From positions 82,396 through 146,395 of the forward strand of contig JBBDOX010000018.1 of the NCBI GenBank assembly GCA_040876835.1: a DNA stretch of 64,000 bases, written 5' to 3'. Origin of the DNA: Candidatus Anderseniibacteriota bacterium. Lineage in GTDB: Bacteria; Patescibacteriota; Andersenbacteria; UBA10190. A program made the translations under genes and the position numbers. Below, piece by piece: positions 34,874 to 44,508 of the stretch (positions are counted from its first letter, which is position 1; every line of letters begins with the position of its first letter). The notes below the pieces were generated by a model that saw nothing but the letters and a program-made list of their open reading frames with translations, had not been told where the DNA came from and made no database searches.

Positions 34874-35464
34874 ATGCACGCGGCACGAATTATTGCAATA
34901 TTCTTGGGAGTGATTCTTCTCTTGATAATGTCCTTAGTAGCATCTCTTTACTTCCGAGGAATAAAAACTGATTTATCGAAAACATTTCCTCCCGATTATT
35001 GGCCCGCAGTAAGAGGAGTTGGATCAACTGTATGTAGTGACCTAAGCGGGACGTACCAAGTAACCACGACTCCAGAAAATAAGTTTGAAACAGACGCCGT
35101 CGCATTTCCTCCTGGCATGAATACCCTCGACGGCTCCACATTTGAAGTGAGTCAGACAGGATGCAACACAATCACCATAGACTACATAAATCGATTTGAT
35201 TCTCCGCGAGAATATATTATCGATCGAGTCAACAATGATCTCATGTGGAATTCTGCAACGGGCTTATTTTGTTACAAAGTTACAGATTTTGAACCTGATG
35301 GATTTTCAGGTACAACTATCTTTAATAACGACCAAGCCTGTGTGGGGATCGGAACTGATCATTCCTTTTTAACCGATTACAAAATGGACCGTAAAGGACG
35401 GTTAGGCTTTATCACATTTGAATTCGTTGGAAATCAGAAGTATCGGTTTAAACAATTAAATTGA
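34874..35464 (+). CDS. Hypothetical membrane-anchored (N-terminal transmembrane) secreted protein.
   Basis: Complete ORF with an N-terminal hydrophobic helix. No family recognised. Confidence 0.45.
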   Translation: MHAARIIAIFLGVILLLIMSLVASLYFRGIKTDLSKTFPPDYWPAVRGVGSTVCSDLSGTYQVTTTPENKFETDAVAFPPGMNTLDGSTFEVSQTGCNTITIDYINRFDSPREYIIDRVNNDLMWNSATGLFCYKVTDFEPDGFSGTTIFNNDQACVGIGTDHSFLTDYKMDRKGRLGFITFEFVGNQKYRFKQLN

Positions 35465-35519
35465 ACCATCCTAGGCTTAAACAGAACCTGCTAAGGCGAG
35501 CCAGACGAGTTTTTTGTTA

Positions 35520-35548
35520 AAAGAAAAGCCGCCTTGCAAGAGGCGGGG
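35520..35548 (-). terminator. Hairpin plus T-tract terminator for the GC-rich minus-strand gene.
   Basis: On the minus strand: CCCGCCTCTTGCAAGGCGGC followed by TTTTCTTTT. Confidence 0.4.
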
Positions 35549-35550
35549 TG

Positions 35551-36255
35551 TCAGGCACAAACAAGTTCAGAATCGTAGTCGGCACACACCGAGGAAAGTT
35601 CCGACACTTTGCCCAGCGTATACAGCGGGAATTCGACGGGGGTAAGCCTGTCAATCAGCTTACCAGGAAGTTTCACAGTCATCTTCCGCGATGCCCACTG
35701 TCGACTCGACAGCTGAAGTTCTCCGAACGCTTCCTGATCACCAGAGGCCAGGCGGACCAGCAGCGACTGATGCAAGATCACGGCCGGACGATCAGGGTCG
35801 CCAGGGAAGGCTGGAACATGTGCTCCTGCCTTCTCACAGACCCGAACCAGAATTCGATGGTCAACGGCAAAGAGAGCCGTGCAATTCCGAATGACGAATT
35901 GCTCCACCTCCGCTTTCGTCCGACAGACGTTCAGCTTCGTTCCCCTCTTCGTTCGCCCGCTACCCTTGCGCCTCCCGTTGTTGTAGAAGAAGATCGCGTA
36001 GTAGAGGCCGTCCAGAGGGAAGCCACCGGCCATGCTTTCGTAGCGCTGGAGCTGGTCCGCGTCGACTCGGCACGGACGACTTCCGGCTGCTTTCACCTCA
36101 AGCCCTCGATTTTTCGGGAGCATAAGGTCGCTGCAGTCAGTCGGCTCTGCGGCTCTCCATATTCTCTGAGCCAGCTCCTCGAACACCTTCCCGACGATCC
36201 CCGGCGTCTCCTTACGCCGCGTTCTCTTCCAGAGAGCGTTAGCTGAAGCGCACAA
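35551..36255 (-). CDS. Hypothetical protein (234 aa) in a strongly GC-rich segment. Possible PD-(D/E)xK-type nuclease.
   Basis: The minus-strand frame is protein-like, whereas the overlapping plus frame is Arg/Ser/Pro-rich nonsense. A ...CSDLMLPKNRGLEVKAAG... segment fits a D...EVK (PD-(D/E)xK) pattern. A ribosome-binding site and its own terminator are present. Confidence 0.4.
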   Translation of the reverse strand: MCASANALWKRTRRKETPGIVGKVFEELAQRIWRAAEPTDCSDLMLPKNRGLEVKAAGSRPCRVDADQLQRYESMAGGFPLDGLYYAIFFYNNGRRKGSGRTKRGTKLNVCRTKAEVEQFVIRNCTALFAVDHRILVRVCEKAGAHVPAFPGDPDRPAVILHQSLLVRLASGDQEAFGELQLSSRQWASRKMTVKLPGKLIDRLTPVEFPLYTLGKVSELSSVCADYDSELVCA

Positions 36256-36311
36256 GGTCGGCCTGCCTTTCTGAAAAGAACCTGGGTGCTTTGTCTTACA
36301 CTCTTATGAGT

Positions 36312-36893
36312 TTATGATAACCCATTTTGCATCTTAAGTAGCCTTAAGGCCTCTACAATATTCATTGCGTCATCCAACCCTTGATGAGCAGCTCTTGTAT
36401 TTTCCTTCCCAAAGTATTGGACAATAGTACTACTCATGTATTTCTCAACGGGAACACCGTGCTGCTCAAATACCGGGCGAATGTCGTGAATCCGCCCTTC
36501 AAACGGGTTAGAAAGATTTTTCAGCTGACAGCTTTCGGCAATGGCTTTGGGATCCCCTGTTCCCCAGTTGTATAGTTCATATCCTTGAGTAAATGCATTG
36601 AAAGCTCGTAGTGCTTCGGCGAAAGATATACCATCGCGGTCAATATCAGCCTGAGTAATCCCCGTCAGCTGCCTGCTATACTCCGGCAAACTTGGTGTAA
36701 GCCGCAATGTCACAAGCTGGCGGTAGGTATCTGTAGTGTCAAAGTCTTTTCCTTCTACTCGTACCGCACCAATGTCGTAGACTTCCCGATATTCATTTGG
36801 TTCACTCCACCCACGTTGCTGGCTGCCCTCCCAAGCTGTCCATTCCAGATCAAATACAATAAATGTATCAGGAAGATTAAAGGACTTAGTCAT
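36312..36893 (-). CDS. DEDDh 3'-5' exonuclease (DnaQ/RNase T-like).
   Basis: Exo I FIVFDLEWTAW and Exo III HQGLDDAMNIVE motifs. 193 aa. Confidence 0.75.
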   Translation of the reverse strand: MTKSFNLPDTFIVFDLEWTAWEGSQQRGWSEPNEYREVYDIGAVRVEGKDFDTTDTYRQLVTLRLTPSLPEYSRQLTGITQADIDRDGISFAEALRAFNAFTQGYELYNWGTGDPKAIAESCQLKNLSNPFEGRIHDIRPVFEQHGVPVEKYMSSTIVQYFGKENTRAAHQGLDDAMNIVEALRLLKMQNGLS

Positions 36894-37204
36894 CCCAGAA
36901 AATTAACCCCAGCGCCACAACCCCTAAAAGAACTCCTAGTAGTTCAGTTTTGGTTAATGATTCTTTGTAGAACAGAAGTCCAATAATAATCGCCAGCACG
37001 GCTGAACCAACGGAAAAAATAAGCCCCACGGGTAAGGCCTGACCCCTGCCTAATGGCATAGAGCCAGAAGCCGTTGGCGAGCACATACACGCCGATAGCG
37101 AGCAACCACCACTTAGCCGTGCCCCGAAGCGAATACTCCTTCGCCAAAACATCAGCCACGGCCTCGAAGGCAATCAGAAGCATTAGTGGAATAATCCATC
37201 CCAT
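36886..37204 (-). pseudogene. SMR family (EmrE/SugE-like) small multidrug-resistance transporter with a frameshift.
   Basis: Frame A gives the TM1-2 segment with the conserved Glu (...LIAFEAVADVLAKE...GFWLYA). Frame B gives TM3-4 (...GRGQALPVGLIFSVGSAVLAIIIGLLF...). The two overlapping ORF-track entries switch frame near 37040-37060. Confidence 0.55.
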
Positions 37205-37233
37205 ATCCAAAAGTGTAGCATGGCCCTCTGCCA

Positions 37234-39483
37234 CTACGGCAGATCCTCGCGCTTAACAACATATACCAGCACCCGTTCCTCTCCATGAATGTTTTCGTAA
37301 GTATGTAGAAGCTCAAACAGATCCGGACGTTCTCGCACACTCTGCCAGAAGGGTCCGTCACTTCGTTCAACAAGGTATTTAATGTTGTTTCCTTTCATCC
37401 ATGACAATTCCGGCATAGCATCTACCCCTCCTTTGTAGAACATACGGCGCTTAACCGGCAGCAATATTTTTGCAACTTCCTCGTCACCATTCGGTATACC
37501 CACATTGCCGTGCTGACTGCGCAGGAAGGTTGCAGCCTTGATCATCATATTGGTTGAGTGCGCCCGCACGTTGTACACCTCCTGGGTCAGCTGGAGTGAT
37601 TGATGTCCCTCGGCATAGGCATAAGTGGAAAGCATGCCCAATGCAAAAAGTGTAGCTAGTTGAGCATAGTTAGATTTACCCCACTGTAGAAGACTGTGAA
37701 TGCCAAAGACGAGTAGCAGGGTGAAGAATGGAATAAGGGGCAGAAAATAGCGGGATTTCGGGAGGATGAGTAAAATGACAAACATTTGCAGAAGGGCTAC
37801 TGCCAGTACTACCAGGGCGTCATAACGGCGTGAACGAATAAACGGTACCAGCCCCAAACCTGTAAAGAGCCACGGGATGACAATAAGGAACTGACGAGCG
37901 GCTGAACTTTTCGTCAACATAAATATGGCCAGGACGAGAAGAGACGCCAGTCCAGCCGTTGCCCAGTAGAGCCTACCATTCTTAAAAGAGCGTGCTTTTA
38001 GCAGCCCGATTGCTACGCTTGCCAATACACCAAGCCCCACAGCGGGCAAGGTAAACGGATGTATGTCACCCTCTTCGGGGGTCAACCACATGGAATTTAT
38101 AAATTTATTAAACTGATACAGGTTATCCGCCAGTCCTCCTAAGGATTGGACAAGAGATAGTCCTCCATCAGCCTGCAAATCTTCAAATGTACGGATACCG
38201 GACGTACCTGACCATACCAGCGAAACCTGCGGGATCATCATAATTAAGATGGCCGTCGTAATAAGGAGAGTAGCTCGCTTCCAAGGCAGTTTTTCACGCC
38301 ACCAAAGAGCCGGTAATAGCACCGCGGCAATGACTACCCCTTCATACCGCGTTAAGAATGTCAGCCCGCACAGGACAGCTAATGCCCACTGCCAGTTGCG
38401 ATTCTTGCCTTTAAGATAGGCAAGAATCGAGCCTAATATGAATGCGACGTATAGCGTGTTAGCCAGGCCACTCGGAGATTCCCAAATGAAATCCTGATTT
38501 ACTGCAAGCAAGACTCCCGCCCCAATAGCCAGACCCCAGGAAAGTTTGAACTCCCGCGCAACGAAAGCAAGCAGTACGGCTGCGCCGGCAGCTGCGATCA
38601 TACCTACCAGACGCGACCACAAAAGCGGATCGGGTGTAAAAAAGCCGGGAATTAAAAGTAAGGAATACAGAGGGCCTTTACGGGGATCGGCTGCAAAAGG
38701 ATCGTTGCCCTGGAGCGCTTCGTTAGCTTTTGAGAGATAATTAAATGCATCCCCTCCAAATATGCCTTCGATGCTCTGAAGATATGGTACCCGGATAGAG
38801 AATGTTGCTAAGGCTAACAGAACAAGGAGCCCGCCTACGACAACCGGCCTGGAGTTGCCTCTGGAAGCTGCAAACAAAAGCCCGGCAATCAGAAGACTAA
38901 TAAGGAGACGATTCAGACCTCGGATAGCGGCGGCGTCTGTAATTTGCCCCCAGATAGCAACAGATTGCCAAAGCGGCACACGCTGGAAAGTTCGAAATCC
39001 GATGTCCCCATACGAATCCTCACCATCTACGATCATGAGTCCTCCTTCGTACAGCTCGGACTGGGATTCATAACGGATTAGGATCGCTTGGTCCTGGGAT
39101 GTCTCGGTCGTTGTAGTAAAAGTAATTACAGGCTGTCCCGGGGTAAGTGGAGGCGTAAGTTGTACTCGCACCCATTGGTCTTGAGGGGTGAGATTAATAC
39201 CTGCACGACCTCGCTCTTTACCTTCTTCGTCAACAGCGATAATAGTTGCTGGGTATGTATCATTCCCTCGAACAGCCACTTCAATAGTATGAACAGGATA
39301 TTCTCCAGTGATACGTTGTCCTACTGTATGTTCCCCAAAAACACGCCTGATATATTTTGGGTCTTCTTTAGGTACGCTATGCTGCCGCAGCGCTAGAACG
39401 GGAATGAATGCAGCAATGATCACCATTCCTACCAGCGCTGCTTTAATGGCCATTTGTGTATCCTTCTGCTTCATAGAACGCAT
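37234..39483 (-). CDS. Large polytopic membrane protein, possible GT-C type glycosyltransferase (ArnT/PMT/YfhO-like).
   Basis: 749 aa, more than 12 transmembrane helices, an N-terminal extracytoplasmic domain and acidic loop motifs (GGDAFNY...). No firm family signature. Confidence 0.4.
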   Translation of the reverse strand: MRSMKQKDTQMAIKAALVGMVIIAAFIPVLALRQHSVPKEDPKYIRRVFGEHTVGQRITGEYPVHTIEVAVRGNDTYPATIIAVDEEGKERGRAGINLTPQDQWVRVQLTPPLTPGQPVITFTTTTETSQDQAILIRYESQSELYEGGLMIVDGEDSYGDIGFRTFQRVPLWQSVAIWGQITDAAAIRGLNRLLISLLIAGLLFAASRGNSRPVVVGGLLVLLALATFSIRVPYLQSIEGIFGGDAFNYLSKANEALQGNDPFAADPRKGPLYSLLLIPGFFTPDPLLWSRLVGMIAAAGAAVLLAFVAREFKLSWGLAIGAGVLLAVNQDFIWESPSGLANTLYVAFILGSILAYLKGKNRNWQWALAVLCGLTFLTRYEGVVIAAVLLPALWWREKLPWKRATLLITTAILIMMIPQVSLVWSGTSGIRTFEDLQADGGLSLVQSLGGLADNLYQFNKFINSMWLTPEEGDIHPFTLPAVGLGVLASVAIGLLKARSFKNGRLYWATAGLASLLVLAIFMLTKSSAARQFLIVIPWLFTGLGLVPFIRSRRYDALVVLAVALLQMFVILLILPKSRYFLPLIPFFTLLLVFGIHSLLQWGKSNYAQLATLFALGMLSTYAYAEGHQSLQLTQEVYNVRAHSTNMMIKAATFLRSQHGNVGIPNGDEEVAKILLPVKRRMFYKGGVDAMPELSWMKGNNIKYLVERSDGPFWQSVRERPDLFELLHTYENIHGEERVLVYVVKREDLP

Positions 39484-39588
39484 TTACTGTTCATTGAAGC
39501 ATTAATCTGCAGCTAATTAAAGCTTTATGAAAAACATGAACAATCTCTCCTTTTGTCATTCCCTGCTGACAAGGGTATTTACAGCCTC

Positions 39589-39618
39589 TTGACCTTTTGG
39601 AGCCAGATGGTATATGAT
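39589..39618 (+). promoter_or_regulatory. Candidate sigma70 promoter.
   Basis: TTGACC, an 18-nt spacer, then TATGAT. The -10 element ends about 8 nt before the ATG at 39627, so the mRNA would be leaderless or nearly so. Confidence 0.35.
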
Positions 39619-39626
39619 ACTTTGTT

Positions 39627-39971
39627 ATGGAAAATAATCGCTCAAAAATCGTTATTATCGCTATCGTCCTGGCAACCTTTGCCGCTGGAGCGCTGGTGTG
39701 GTTTTTGGCCCGGCCTGCTGACGAAGTAGTAGATGTGGCCCAACAGGAAGAGCAGCCAATTTTTGACTCTACTCCTGAACCCACTCAAATTATCTCCCGT
39801 GAGCTTGTTCCGGTACCGCAACAGGAAGAACAGCAGGTGTTCCCTGAACCCCAGGTTGCGGCAGCCGTCAGTCCTTCGGCTCAAACAGGTCCTGCAGAAA
39901 TCACTCTCGCCCTCATTGTGATTGGAGCCATTGTCGGAGCGATGGGGTTGCGAAAGTTTACTACGGCTTAA
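39627..39971 (+). CDS. Small hypothetical bitopic membrane protein.
   Basis: Transmembrane helices at both ends and a Gln/Glu/Pro-rich middle. 114 aa. Confidence 0.45.
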   Translation: MENNRSKIVIIAIVLATFAAGALVWFLARPADEVVDVAQQEEQPIFDSTPEPTQIISRELVPVPQQEEQQVFPEPQVAAAVSPSAQTGPAEITLALIVIGAIVGAMGLRKFTTA

Positions 39972-40005
39972 ATTAAGTCTCCGATAAGATCAAAGAGCCT
40001 TGTCT

Positions 40006-41145
40006 TTAGCGGACAGGCTCTTTTGCTTGTTCTCGAATCGATTCGAATTCTATTTTAGACATATTCTCTTTAACCGAACGTTCCAGTACCTTATTATCCA
40101 TACGCTGTGCAATTGTCAGGAGGTCCTGCAAAACCTGTACATCAGACGGGTCTTCATCATGCGCACGCTGCAAAGAAGATAGAGCCAGGGTCATTTTTCC
40201 CATTTTAAGTGCAGCGTGTCCCAAGACTGCCCGAACGCCACTTAGTGAGTCGTCAATTGCCAGCACTTGCTCAAAAATCTCTAAAGCCTCTTCCCAAGCC
40301 TGCTTACCAAGCGCGGCTTTGCCAAGTAACATATACGCTTTCGCATCTCGTGAATGCTGAACAATGTACGGAACAAGAATGTCTTCAGCTTGGTCATACT
40401 GCTGGTCTTGCAGGGCCGTTATTGCCTGGCCCAACGGACCAGACGGAATAGAGAGGGCTCTTTTCTGAAGTTCTTTAGCCTTTACAACTTTTGTTTCCTG
40501 CATCACCTCTGGCTTACGTCGACGTTCCTCTTCAACGACTTGGGCCTCTGTTTTTTTCTGAACGCGCACCAGTTTTATTTTCGAATCCTCGCCCTGGTCT
40601 TGGTCTTGTTCCAACTCCAAAGCTCGTGTTTTAACCGCTGAAGGTAAAGCAGCTCCTCCAGCTGTAGGCGATCCAATCCGGATACGACGAGGCACTTTGT
40701 CGGAGACATTATGAGTAATAGTGGATAATTTGCCTTTACTCTTTTCGGACCATTGTGAAACTCTTTCTCGCCACGCCTTCCGCGGCTGCTGAATAGTTGC
40801 TTCAGTTATCGGCACTACCTCTTTTGGCTTTTCGACTACTGCTTCCTCTTTATGTTTTTTCCGTTCTATTTTCGCTTCTTTTCTATCCTCTAACCACTGC
40901 TTTGTACTCGCAGTACGACTCTTAACGAGGTGCGGGATGAGTGCAGCCCGGTGAGAAAATAGCTGTAAACCTTTCTTGTTAGGAGATAACAAAGGAGTTT
41001 CTTTCGTGTCAGTATTAACTACTGACTGCCTAATATCATGGGAAAATTGAGCGCGACGAATCCGCATCGTAACGCGAGATACCACCAGGACTATCCCCCC
41101 TAAGGATCCGAACAAAAATAATGGTGGCAAGACGTCGTAGAGCAT
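40006..41145 (-). CDS. Membrane-anchored TPR-repeat protein.
   Basis: N-terminal transmembrane helix, a Lys/Glu-rich linker and C-terminal TPR-like helices (...AKAYMLLGKAALGKQAWEEALEIFEQVLAID...). Confidence 0.5.
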   Translation of the reverse strand: MLYDVLPPLFLFGSLGGIVLVVSRVTMRIRRAQFSHDIRQSVVNTDTKETPLLSPNKKGLQLFSHRAALIPHLVKSRTASTKQWLEDRKEAKIERKKHKEEAVVEKPKEVVPITEATIQQPRKAWRERVSQWSEKSKGKLSTITHNVSDKVPRRIRIGSPTAGGAALPSAVKTRALELEQDQDQGEDSKIKLVRVQKKTEAQVVEEERRRKPEVMQETKVVKAKELQKRALSIPSGPLGQAITALQDQQYDQAEDILVPYIVQHSRDAKAYMLLGKAALGKQAWEEALEIFEQVLAIDDSLSGVRAVLGHAALKMGKMTLALSSLQRAHDEDPSDVQVLQDLLTIAQRMDNKVLERSVKENMSKIEFESIREQAKEPVR

Positions 41146-41360
41146 GTGCTCAGGTTGAACAATATATGTGTTTAAAAACAGCTTGTGCAGGAAAACATCT
41201 TCCCCAGCGACAAAGTCACGACTTGGATGAAGGATGATTTGAGTTAAGCTTCAAAAGGGCGGTGCGCGTAGCTGTCATTCCGTATGATATCAGTAAAGAT
41301 GTCCCCCGCCAAGGCAATATAGCTTGATTTTTGAACAGGGTCTGGCCATTTTCTCTTCTC

Positions 41361-41405
41361 AAAAGCCCAACCGGCCCTCGCGGGGCCGGTTTAAAGATTT
41401 TTTGT
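41361..41405. terminator. Bidirectional rho-independent terminator downstream of tsf.
   Basis: GC hairpin CCGGCCC-TCGC-GGGGCCGG flanked by A-runs on one side and T-runs on the other. Confidence 0.5.
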
Positions 41406-41416
41406 CTTAAAGAAGG

Positions 41417-41998
41417 CTAAATTGTCACTCGCGTAAACTCCTTTATCGTGACATTTTCTCCCAGCTCATGAACTGCCCCATTGAGCATATCTTGAACCGT
41501 TTTTTTGGGATCTTTTACATAGGGCTGCGTTAGTAAAGCCCGTTCTTCGCGGAATTTTTTCAGCTTTCCTTCAATGATTTTCTCCTGCATCTGCGCTGGT
41601 TTATCAGCTACCTGCTTTTGAGCCAGTTCCCGCTCGCTTGCCAATTCCGACTCCGGAACATCATCAGGGCTTACAACAAGTGGGTCCATAGCAGCTATAT
41701 GCATTGCGATCCCACGCGCCAATTCCTGAAACTTCTCATTACGGGCCACAAAATCCGTTTCGCACAGTAACGACACCATTACGGCAAGCTTATTGTTGCC
41801 ATGGACATAAACCCCTACAGCACCTTCATGAGTGGCACGATCTGCCTTTTTAGCCGCCTTAGCTTTCCCTTGTTCGCGCAGCCAAGCAATTGCCTTGTCC
41901 ATGTCGCCATTAGATGAGGAAAGAGCTTCTTTGGCATCTACCACCCCAACTCCCGTACGGGAGCGAAGTTCTTTGATTTGATCTAGTGAAATAGCCAT
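41417..41998 (-). CDS. tsf: Elongation factor Ts (short form).
   Basis: N-terminal UBA-like ...IKELRSRTGVGVVDAKEAL... and a dimerisation core. 193 aa. Confidence 0.9.
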   Translation of the reverse strand: MAISLDQIKELRSRTGVGVVDAKEALSSSNGDMDKAIAWLREQGKAKAAKKADRATHEGAVGVYVHGNNKLAVMVSLLCETDFVARNEKFQELARGIAMHIAAMDPLVVSPDDVPESELASERELAQKQVADKPAQMQEKIIEGKLKKFREERALLTQPYVKDPKKTVQDMLNGAVHELGENVTIKEFTRVTI

Positions 41999-42023
41999 AT
42001 ATGTCTCGAAAATTATTAACGTA

Positions 42024-42827
42024 TTACGCGGAAGATGCGGACGACTCCTTTGTGTCCTCTACCACTGGTGCTTTCATTGTAACAGAAGCGTCAAGTTCTT
42101 TACCTCGAGCTTTAAGAATGGCCTGAACCAATGTGCGAGTAAGCAGTTCGATTGATCGAACAGCATCATCGTTGCCAGGTATTGGGTAATCAACCATTTC
42201 CGGATCAGCATTTGTATCCGTGATTCCAATGACCGGTATACCTACGCGAGCCGCTTCCCGAACAGCAATCCGTTCGTCATGAGCCCCAATAACACAGATT
42301 GCCGTTGGCATTGTTTTTACATCTTTAATACCTTCAAGCACACCTTCAAGACGCTCAATTTCTTTGCGGTGTACGCCACGTTCCTTTTTGGTCATTTTTT
42401 CCATTGCGGAGCCCTCGGCAATCCGCTTAAACTCATCAAGCTTTTCGATACTCTTAAGAATCGTAGAAAAGTTAGTCAGGGTGCCTCCTAGCCATCGCTT
42501 GGTTACATAGGGCATTCCGGCTGCTTCGGCGTACTTGCGAACAATGGCCCGGGCCTGGCGCTTGGTTCCTACAAACAGAATCTGATTAGAAGGGGTGCTG
42601 GCAATTTTGTAGGCGAACTCGGCGGCTTCTTTCAGTTTTGCAAGTGTTTGTTCTAAATCAACGATCGCTACTCTGTTGCGCTGCATAAATATATAACGCT
42701 CCATTTTAGGGTTGCGTTTGCTTCGCTCGTGACCAAAGTGAACCCCTGCTTCCAGCAGAGTAACAAGCTCTGGCATGATATCGGCTACGTTTGAGACCTG
42801 CGTCTCTGACTTTGTATTTGCTGACAT
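42024..42827 (-). CDS. rpsB: 30S ribosomal protein S2.
   Basis: ...LLEAGVHFGHERSKRNPKMERYIF... The start at 42827 has an AGGAG ribosome-binding site. The ORF-track N-terminal extension is unlikely to be translated. Confidence 0.9.
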   Translation of the reverse strand: MSANTKSETQVSNVADIMPELVTLLEAGVHFGHERSKRNPKMERYIFMQRNRVAIVDLEQTLAKLKEAAEFAYKIASTPSNQILFVGTKRQARAIVRKYAEAAGMPYVTKRWLGGTLTNFSTILKSIEKLDEFKRIAEGSAMEKMTKKERGVHRKEIERLEGVLEGIKDVKTMPTAICVIGAHDERIAVREAARVGIPVIGITDTNADPEMVDYPIPGNDDAVRSIELLTRTLVQAILKARGKELDASVTMKAPVVEDTKESSASSA

Positions 42828-43074
42828 ATTATTTTCTCCTTGTGCCTCCTTGAGATCGCTTAAGCCCTGGTTCCCATAGGCTTGCCGGCTATGCCGCCAA
42901 GAGGAGTGGGTCCCTTGTCCTATCTCCGAGGATAAGGTGGGGTAAGCGTCCAAGTGGGTGATAAAGTATAAATTGAAACCGCCCTATCTTTAAAGCGGCC
43001 CAGACGCCCACCATACGACATCTGCTTGCAAAAATCAAGCTATGCCGCTATGCTGGAGATTCTCATATTTTGCT

Positions 43075-43362
43075 ATGAAAAAAGAGATCCACCCAACTTA
43101 TAACGATGCCGTGACTGTCACATGTTCCTGTGGCAATAACTTTGAAACTGGTTCGACTGAGTCAGCCTTGACTGTTGAGGTATGTTCAAACTGTCATCCC
43201 TTCTATACAGGCAAGCAGAAGCTATTAGACGTTGCCGGACGAGTAGACAAGTTCCGCCAGCGACAAGAAGGATTTAAGGCACTCCAGAAAGATCGCATAG
43301 CTGTCTCAAAAACCAAAAAGAAGAATACACAACCGGATTCCGACACCGTAAAGCTGGGTTAA
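43075..43362 (+). CDS. rpmE: 50S ribosomal protein L31 (type A, Cys-containing) with a C-terminal basic extension.
   Basis: [28 protein letters not shown]...[13 protein letters not shown]. Confidence 0.85.
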   Translation: MKKEIHPTYNDAVTVTCSCGNNFETGSTESALTVEVCSNCHPFYTGKQKLLDVAGRVDKFRQRQEGFKALQKDRIAVSKTKKKNTQPDSDTVKLG

Positions 43363-43377
43363 CTCAGCTAAAAACAA

Positions 43378-43408
43378 AGGCGCCACGGATATACGTGGTG
43401 CTTTTTGT
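43378..43408 (+). terminator. Rho-independent terminator after rpmE.
   Basis: GCGCCACG-GATATA-CGTGGTGC hairpin followed by TTTTTGTG. Confidence 0.5.
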
Positions 43409-43432
43409 GTATAGATAGCCTATCGTTAGATT

Positions 43433-44503
43433 ATGAACTACCCCTCAATCGAAAAACTTCGAGTCGATATCAACCAACTCACCGCCACGATGAGTGAGCC
43501 TGACGTGATGAAAAGTGGTAGCAAAATGAAGGAGCTTGCCCGTGAACTTAATCACAAGCGCGAGCTGGCAGATACTATTGAGAGACTTAAGCTAATTGAA
43601 GAACAGCAGGCAGAAGTCGCGTTGATGCTGGAAAGTGACGATCAAGAGATGATGGCTCTTGCTATTGAAGAGCAAACCAGGCTTGCCTCAGAACACGCCT
43701 CGCTGGAAAAGAAGTTACAGAGCCTACTTGTTCCTGTTGACCCTTTAAACTCGCGAGATGTGATCGTAGAAATTCGGGCGGGTGCCGGCGGTGAAGAAGC
43801 GGCTCTCTTTGCCGGTGAGTTATTTCGAGCTTATGCACGATATGCCGAACTCCAGGGATGGAAAACCACTGTAATGAGTCAGTCTTTTAGTGAACAAGGG
43901 GGCTTCAAAGAAGTGGTAGCTGAAGTATCCGGTGAACAAGTATTTGGTACAATGAAATATGAGCGTGGTGTGCATCGTGTCCAACGTGTACCGGAGACTG
44001 AAAAAATGGGACGCATCCACACTTCAACTATTACCGTTGCTATTCTACCCCAAGCAGAAGAAGTTGATATCGAGATTCGCCCAGAAGATTTACGAATAGA
44101 CACTTATCGCGCTAGTGGAGCTGGTGGTCAGCATGTTAATAAGACGAGCTCGGCTATTCGCATTACCCACATTCCAACCGGTGTTGTTGTTGCCTGTCAG
44201 GAGGAGCGCAGTCAGCACAAAAATAAAACTAAGGCGATGGGTTTGTTGCGAGCTCGACTTCTTGATGCTCAAGAAGAGCGTCGTGCTAAAGCACAAGCTC
44301 AGGAGCGCCGCGGTCAAATTGGAACCGGTGATCGCTCTGAAAAAATTCGTACGTATAACTTTCCCCAAGATCGAATTACCGATCATCGCATCAAGCAATC
44401 TTGGAGCAATATTGGGATAGTAATGGAAGGAAATCTAGGTCCGATGTTTGAAGCTCTAAAGGAAGCCGAGCAGCGACTGCTTCTGGAACAGACACCTTCT
44501 TAA
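43433..44503 (+). CDS. prfA: Peptide chain release factor 1.
   Basis: GGQ motif (SGAGGQHVNKT) and a PxT-type tripeptide (RVQRVPETE). 356 aa. Confidence 0.9.
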   Translation: MNYPSIEKLRVDINQLTATMSEPDVMKSGSKMKELARELNHKRELADTIERLKLIEEQQAEVALMLESDDQEMMALAIEEQTRLASEHASLEKKLQSLLVPVDPLNSRDVIVEIRAGAGGEEAALFAGELFRAYARYAELQGWKTTVMSQSFSEQGGFKEVVAEVSGEQVFGTMKYERGVHRVQRVPETEKMGRIHTSTITVAILPQAEEVDIEIRPEDLRIDTYRASGAGGQHVNKTSSAIRITHIPTGVVVACQEERSQHKNKTKAMGLLRARLLDAQEERRAKAQAQERRGQIGTGDRSEKIRTYNFPQDRITDHRIKQSWSNIGIVMEGNLGPMFEALKEAEQRLLLEQTPS

Positions 44504-44508
44504 AAGCC

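Noticed and set aside
35548-36246. 232-aa plus-strand ORF in the GC-rich segment.
   Set aside because: Arg/Ser/Pro-rich wrong-frame look in GC-rich DNA. The minus-strand frame is protein-like and has its own terminator.
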